This document shows positions 53,034 through 57,391 of a stretch of 57,391 nt of DNA, in pieces. The translations under genes and the position numbers were made by a program. The notes under the pieces were generated by a model. It was not told where the DNA came from, made no database searches, and saw only the letters and a program-made list of their open reading frames with translations. Source of the DNA: Chlamydiota bacterium (lineage in GTDB: Bacteria; Auribacterota; Tritonobacteria; UBA1439). The first letter of the stretch is position 1. Every line of letters starts with the position of its first letter. The DNA is taken from the NCBI GenBank assembly GCA_037133055.1, contig JBAXOY010000003.1, positions 1 through 57,391 on the forward strand. Reading direction: 5' to 3'.

Positions 53034-54365
53034 ATGAAATCGCCTACGTTACGCACGCTGTTTTTGATCGTTGCCCTCCTGCTCTCGGCAAGCCTCGCGT
53101 CGTCCCGGTTCGCCGGCCGTGCGGTGGAGGCGGGGGAGAAGGATGCGGATATCTACAAGAGCCTCGATATCCTCTGCGACGTCGTCACGATCGTCCAGCG
53201 CGACTATATAGAAAAACTGAGCTCCGAGAAGCTCATGCAGGATGCCCTCAGGGGCATTCTGGCCTCGCTCGACAGCTACAGCACCTACACCCCGCCCCCG
53301 GTCGCCCGGGAAACCCCGGCGGTCCCCGCGAAGGACCTCGGCACCTACGGGATCGAGGTCGCCTATAAGGAAAAGCTCTTCACCGTGGTCGCCCCCGTGG
53401 AAAACGGCCCGGCGTGGAAGGCCGGCATTAAGGGCGGCGACCTCATCATCAAGATCGACGAGGATGCCGTCGACGACCGCCCGCTCGTCGAGCTCCTGCA
53501 GCTTTTCCGCGGCGCAACCGCCCGGGAGCTCCACCTCCAGGTGGTGAGGCGGGGGGAGCGTGAGTTCCTCGATTTCACTCTCAAGCCGGGAAAGATTGAG
53601 GGGCCGGCGGCGCGGACCGAGATGCTGGAGGACAAGATCGCGCTCCTCAGGATATCGCGTTTCGACCGGGAGACGCCCGCGCGGGTTGCCGAATGCCTCG
53701 CACAGCTCAAGGGGGAAGGGGCAGATGGCGTGGTCGTCGACCTCAGGGACTGCCCAGCGGGAGATATCAAGTCCGCGATCGCGATCGCCGACCATTTCAT
53801 CCCGGCCGGCGCGCTCGTGGCGACGCTCGCGGGGAGGACGAAGGGGGCGAACATGGAGTTCAAATCAAGCGGCACGCCGCCCCTCGCCGCCGGCCCCGTC
53901 GTGGCCCTGATCAACGGGGGCACAAGCGGCGCGGCGGAGGTGCTCGCGGGGGCGCTCCAGGCCCGAGGGCGGGGCGTTCTCATGGGGCAGAGGAGTTTCG
54001 GCTGCGCGTTCGAAGAGGGCTCGTTCACGCTGAAGGACGGCTCGGTGATCACGATGCTCACCGCGGTGTATCAGACGCCCGACGGCGCCGAGATTCAGGA
54101 CGAGGGGCTCGAACCGGACATAGACGTGCCCCTTCCATCGGTGGTCGTGGGGGAGGCGGAAGAGGACGAGGAGGAGTTCGCGGTCCCCGTGGATAAGGGT
54201 GAGAAGGGTGAGAAGGGTGTGAAGGGTGTGAAGGGTGTGAAGGGTGAGAAGGGTGAGAAGGGTGAGAAGGGTGTGAAGGGTGTGAAGCAGGCCGACCCCA
54301 TGGTACAGAGGGCCGTCGACCTGATCAAAGGGATCCGCATCATGAAGAACCAGGAGAGGGGCTGA
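53034..54365 (+). CDS. S41-family (C-terminal processing peptidase-like) protein, catalytic dyad apparently degenerate, with collagen-like tail
   Basis: Signal peptide, a PDZ-like region, and an S41 core. It has GGTSGAAEVLAGAL and RSFGCAF where the paralog has GSASGSEIVAGAV and TTFGKGSVQ. The tail is (GEK)2(GVK)3(GEK)3(GVK)2. Confidence 0.8.
   Translation: MKSPTLRTLFLIVALLLSASLASSRFAGRAVEAGEKDADIYKSLDILCDVVTIVQRDYIEKLSSEKLMQDALRGILASLDSYSTYTPPPVARETPAVPAKDLGTYGIEVAYKEKLFTVVAPVENGPAWKAGIKGGDLIIKIDEDAVDDRPLVELLQLFRGATARELHLQVVRRGEREFLDFTLKPGKIEGPAARTEMLEDKIALLRISRFDRETPARVAECLAQLKGEGADGVVVDLRDCPAGDIKSAIAIADHFIPAGALVATLAGRTKGANMEFKSSGTPPLAAGPVVALINGGTSGAAEVLAGALQARGRGVLMGQRSFGCAFEEGSFTLKDGSVITMLTAVYQTPDGAEIQDEGLEPDIDVPLPSVVVGEAEEDEEEFAVPVDKGEKGEKGVKGVKGVKGEKGEKGEKGVKGVKQADPMVQRAVDLIKGIRIMKNQERG
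54198..54287 (+). repeat. in-frame 9-bp tandem repeat x10 (GGTGAGAAG / GGTGTGAAG)
   Basis: Ten contiguous 9-mers in the pattern AABBBAAABB encode GEK/GVK triplets inside 53034..54365. Confidence 0.95.
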
Positions 54366-54367
54366 CC

Positions 54368-55684
54368 GTGCGGGCGCCCAGGATTACCGCCGCCATGGCC
54401 GTGGGCCTGGCGGCATACTGCCTCATCTCGGCCACTTTCACCGCGCCGGGGCGGGCGGCGGACAAGCAGCTGAAGGCGAGCCTCGACCTGTTTGTCTCCG
54501 GCATGGACGTCATCACGAGAAACTACTACCGGGAGACCCGGGAGCACGACCTCGCCTACGGCGCCCTCAAGGGGATGTGCGCCGCCCTCGACCCGCACAG
54601 CCAGTTTATGGACGAGGAAATCTACCGGGAGATGAAGGTCGAGACGGAGGGCGAGTTCGGCGGCCTGGGCATCGAGATCACCGTCAGGGACAAGTTCCTC
54701 ACCGTGGTCTCGCCGATCGAAGACACCCCCGCATTCAAGGCGGGACTCAGGGCGGGCGACCGGATCGTCGAGATCGAGGGGTTGTCCACGAAGGATCTCA
54801 GCCTGGTGGAGGCGGTCCGTAAGCTCCGGGGCACGCCCGGCACGGTGGCGCACATCACCGTGATGCGGCCGGGAACGGGAGCGATGCTGCCGTTCTCCAT
54901 TACGCGGGCGAGCATACAGATCCAGAGCGTGAAGGACGCGAAGCTGGTCAAGGACAAGATCGGCTATGTGCGGCTCACCCAGTTCCAGGAGCGCACCGGA
55001 AGCGACTTCGACAAGGCCCTGCAGGATTTGAATACGCAGGGGATGCAGGCGCTCATCCTCGACCTTCGCAATAATCCCGGAGGCCTCCTACAGGTTGCCA
55101 TCGAGGTCGCCGACAAGTTCATCGGCGGAGACCGGATGCTCGTCTACACGAAGGGGCGGATCAAGACGCAGAATATCGAGTTCAAGTCCCACGGCAAGGC
55201 GGCCTACCCCGACTGTCCGATGGTAATCCTTGTGAACAAGGGGAGCGCCAGCGGGTCGGAGATCGTCGCCGGCGCCGTGCAGGATTGGGGGCGAGGCATC
55301 ATCCTGGGGGAGACGACGTTCGGCAAGGGCTCCGTGCAGAGCGTGCTCCCGCTCTCCGACGGCTCGGCGCTGAGGCTTACGACCGCGAAGTACTTCACCC
55401 CCAAGGGGAGGTGCATCCAGAAGGTCGGGATCCAGCCGGACATCCCGGTCGAGATGACGGACGAGCAGGAGATCAGGGTGCTGCTGAAGCGCAGGCTGGA
55501 GAAGATGATCAGCGAGAACCCGCAGGGATCCGACCTCGCCGACGAGAAGGCGGAACTGAAAAAGCTGGGCGTCGTGAAGGACGTGCAGATGGAGCGCGCC
55601 CTCGATCTCCTGCAGGGAATCCTCGCCTGCGGAAAATCGCCCGCGGCCGACCCGACGCCCGGGCTGCGCGCCGCGGCGCGGTAA
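54368..55684 (+). CDS. S41-family C-terminal processing peptidase
   Basis: GTG start 3 nt after the previous stop. Signal peptide, PDZ (GLGIEITV...GDRIVEIEG), then GSASGSEIVAGAVQD and TTFGKGSVQ carrying the Ser/Lys dyad motifs. Confidence 0.9.
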   Translation: MRAPRITAAMAVGLAAYCLISATFTAPGRAADKQLKASLDLFVSGMDVITRNYYRETREHDLAYGALKGMCAALDPHSQFMDEEIYREMKVETEGEFGGLGIEITVRDKFLTVVSPIEDTPAFKAGLRAGDRIVEIEGLSTKDLSLVEAVRKLRGTPGTVAHITVMRPGTGAMLPFSITRASIQIQSVKDAKLVKDKIGYVRLTQFQERTGSDFDKALQDLNTQGMQALILDLRNNPGGLLQVAIEVADKFIGGDRMLVYTKGRIKTQNIEFKSHGKAAYPDCPMVILVNKGSASGSEIVAGAVQDWGRGIILGETTFGKGSVQSVLPLSDGSALRLTTAKYFTPKGRCIQKVGIQPDIPVEMTDEQEIRVLLKRRLEKMISENPQGSDLADEKAELKKLGVVKDVQMERALDLLQGILACGKSPAADPTPGLRAAAR

Positions 55685-55729
55685 TCCGCTCCGGCTTCAC
55701 GCGCCGCCGCTTCGACCCCATTCCACGAG

Positions 55730-56743
55730 GTGCGGTCAGTGCTGGTCCTGGGCATAGAAACTTCCTGCGATGAAACCGGCGTCGCCCTGGTCGACGACCG
55801 CAGCGGCGCGGTCGTCGCGGAAGCGGTGGCCTCGCAGGACGAGCTCCACGCCCCGTATGCGGGAGTGGTGCCCGAGCTCGCGTCGCGCCGGCACCTCGGG
55901 ATCCTCGATCCGCTCACCGCGAGGGTGCTGCGGGACGCCGGGATCGCGGCGAACCACATAGGCCTCGTCGCGGTGACCCGCGGGCCGGGCCTCGCCGGCT
56001 GTCTTCTCGCGGGCATGAGTTTCGCCAAGGGCCTTGCCTACGCCCTCGGGGTCCCGGTGCTCGGCGTCAACCACCTTGAGGCCCATGTGTATTCGTGCTT
56101 CGCGGCCGGGGAGATCGAGTACCCGGCGGTCGCGCTCGTCGTCTCGGGGGGGCACACGCTTCTCGCGCGTATGCCGGAGTGGGGGCGTTACGAACTCCTC
56201 GGGCAGACGCGGGACGACGCGGTCGGGGAGGCGTATGACAAGGTGGCGTCGATGCTCGGTCTCCCGTACCCCGGCGGGCCGGCGATCGAGACGCGCGCCC
56301 GCCGGGCGGCACACGCGGTGCGGTTCCCGCGGCCGCTCCTAAAAAGCGGCGACCTGCAGTTCAGTTTGAGCGGCCTCAAGACGGCCGTCCTCTACCGGCT
56401 GAAGGCGAGCCGCGGCGCTACCCTCGGGGAGGCGGAGATCGACGCGATCGCGCGCGGATTTCAGGAAGCGGTGGTTGAGGTCCTGCGCGCGAAGACCATC
56501 GAGGGGGCCCGTCGCACGCGCGTGCGCACGGTGCTCCTCGCCGGGGGTGTCGCGCGGAACGAGGCCCTCCGGCAGGGGATCGAGCGGGAGGCGGCATCGC
56601 GGGGGATGCGCCTTGTCTGCTCGCCGAAACAGTACTGCACCGACAACGGGGTCATGATCGCCATGCTCGCGTGCAGGAAGTGGGCCGGGGGGCAGCGGGA
56701 CGGGTGGGACCTCGACATCGACCCGGGCCTCCGGCTGTGCTGA
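55730..56743 (+). CDS. tsaD: tRNA N6-adenosine threonylcarbamoyltransferase TsaD
   Basis: VLGIETSCDETGVALV, VTRGPGLAGCLL, NHLEAHV, VSGGHT and YPGGP. The GTG start is at 55730 (alternative 55739). Confidence 0.93.
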   Translation: MRSVLVLGIETSCDETGVALVDDRSGAVVAEAVASQDELHAPYAGVVPELASRRHLGILDPLTARVLRDAGIAANHIGLVAVTRGPGLAGCLLAGMSFAKGLAYALGVPVLGVNHLEAHVYSCFAAGEIEYPAVALVVSGGHTLLARMPEWGRYELLGQTRDDAVGEAYDKVASMLGLPYPGGPAIETRARRAAHAVRFPRPLLKSGDLQFSLSGLKTAVLYRLKASRGATLGEAEIDAIARGFQEAVVEVLRAKTIEGARRTRVRTVLLAGGVARNEALRQGIEREAASRGMRLVCSPKQYCTDNGVMIAMLACRKWAGGQRDGWDLDIDPGLRLC

Positions 56744-56761
56744 AAAGGTGAAAAACCAAGT

Positions 56762-57391
56762 ATGAACCCGGTCCTGTTGAAAAAGCTCCTCGCGAAGGTC
56801 GCGCGGGGGAAGGTCACCCCGGCCTTAGCCGCGGAGAAGCTCCGGCACCTCCCGTTCGAGGAGCTGGGCCACAGCACGGTGGACCGGCACCGCGCGCTGC
56901 GCCAGGGGTACCCCGAGGTGATCTTCTGCCAGGGGAAGACCGTGGCCGAGATCGGGGAAATCGCCGCGAGGATCTGCGCGACGGGGGAGAACCTCCTCGC
57001 CACCCGCGCATCCGAGGAGGCGTACCGACGGCTGCGCGAGCAGTTCCCGGGCGCGGTCTACCACCGCCGGGCCCGCGCGGTGACGGTCGAGCACCGCAGG
57101 CTCCGGAAGGCCCCCGGCTTCATCGCGGTGGTCAGCGCCGGCACCGCCGACGGGCCCGTCGCCGAGGAGGCCGCCGTCACCGCGGAGATCATGGGGAATA
57201 CGGTCCGGAGATTTTACGACGTGGGTGTCGCGGGGCTGCACCGGCTGATCAGCAAGCTTCCGGAACTTGCCCGCGCCCGTGTGATCGTCGTCGCCGCCGG
57301 CATGGAGGGCGCGCTCCCGAGCGTGGTGGGCGGGCTTGTGGGAGGGCCCGTGATCGCGGTGCCGACGAGCGTCGGCTACGGCGCGAGCTTC
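56762..57391 (+). CDS. larB: nickel-pincer cofactor biosynthesis protein LarB (AIR-carboxylase-like), 3' end beyond window
   Basis: The frame is open to the window end and is not in the ORF track. LPFEELGHSTVDRHRALRQGYPEVIFCQGKT, VVSAGTADGPVAEEAAVTAE, DVGVAGLHRL and VAAGMEGALPSVVGGLV..PVIAVPTSVGYGA. Confidence 0.85.
   Translation, partial: MNPVLLKKLLAKVARGKVTPALAAEKLRHLPFEELGHSTVDRHRALRQGYPEVIFCQGKTVAEIGEIAARICATGENLLATRASEEAYRRLREQFPGAVYHRRARAVTVEHRRLRKAPGFIAVVSAGTADGPVAEEAAVTAEIMGNTVRRFYDVGVAGLHRLISKLPELARARVIVVAAGMEGALPSVVGGLVGGPVIAVPTSVGYGASF

Noticed and set aside
22753-56743. t6A genes (tsaE-tsaB at 22.7-23.9 kb, tsaD at 55.7 kb) as a split system of interest
   Set aside because: Dispersed tsaBDE genes are common in bacteria, and nothing unusual is visible in the sequences.

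Overview
57.4-kb high-GC bacterial chromosomal segment (roughly two-thirds G+C by eye, not computed), gene-dense, with GGAGG-type Shine-Dalgarno sites and many 1-4 nt start/stop overlaps. All calls come from reading motifs in the translations, with no database search. I support about 65 protein genes. Two are open-ended at the window edges and therefore missing from the ORF track: a lipoprotein at 1-1068(-) and larB at 56762-57391(+). There are two RNA genes, tRNA-Val(CAC) and RNase P RNA. Recognisable content is mostly housekeeping: dtd, surE, nfo, mtnA, thiL, tsaE/tsaB/tsaD, nadE, split transketolase, speB+pdaD, an M16 peptidase pair, tandem S41 peptidases, a two-subunit xanthine-dehydrogenase-family enzyme, a PAS histidine kinase, a CheY-like receiver, a PIN/RHH toxin-antitoxin pair, two SGNH hydrolases and glycosyltransferases. 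I saw no rRNA, CRISPR array, integrase or transposase. The accessory-looking part is 26.2-32.5 kb. It holds tRNA-Val, a tandem repeat with a 220-bp period, rnpB, and a visibly AT-richer 1.8-kb single-gene cassette bracketed by 47-bp perfect direct repeats. The most unusual signal is not a gene. It is a recurrent class of AT-richer short-word stutter repeats, 7-13-mers that usually occur in two variants and are often arranged as inverted arms. They sit in leaders or just after stop codons, they re-use words between distant loci (AATGACA, CTTGAAC, CGCGGATAA), and one occurs inside a CDS as a collagen-like GEK/GVK tract. Other points worth a second look: a G-quadruplex-type leader in front of an FmdB-led small-protein operon; a Cys-rich PP-loop ATPase between the molybdoenzyme genes and an RseC-like gene; a degenerate S41 paralog; an internally duplicated very basic protein; and a Pol-beta-type nucleotidyltransferase of unknown function. 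Start codons are my best choice from SD and ATG context and may be off. Most long Arg/Pro/Gly-rich ORFs in the track are antisense or off-frame shadows typical of high-GC DNA.
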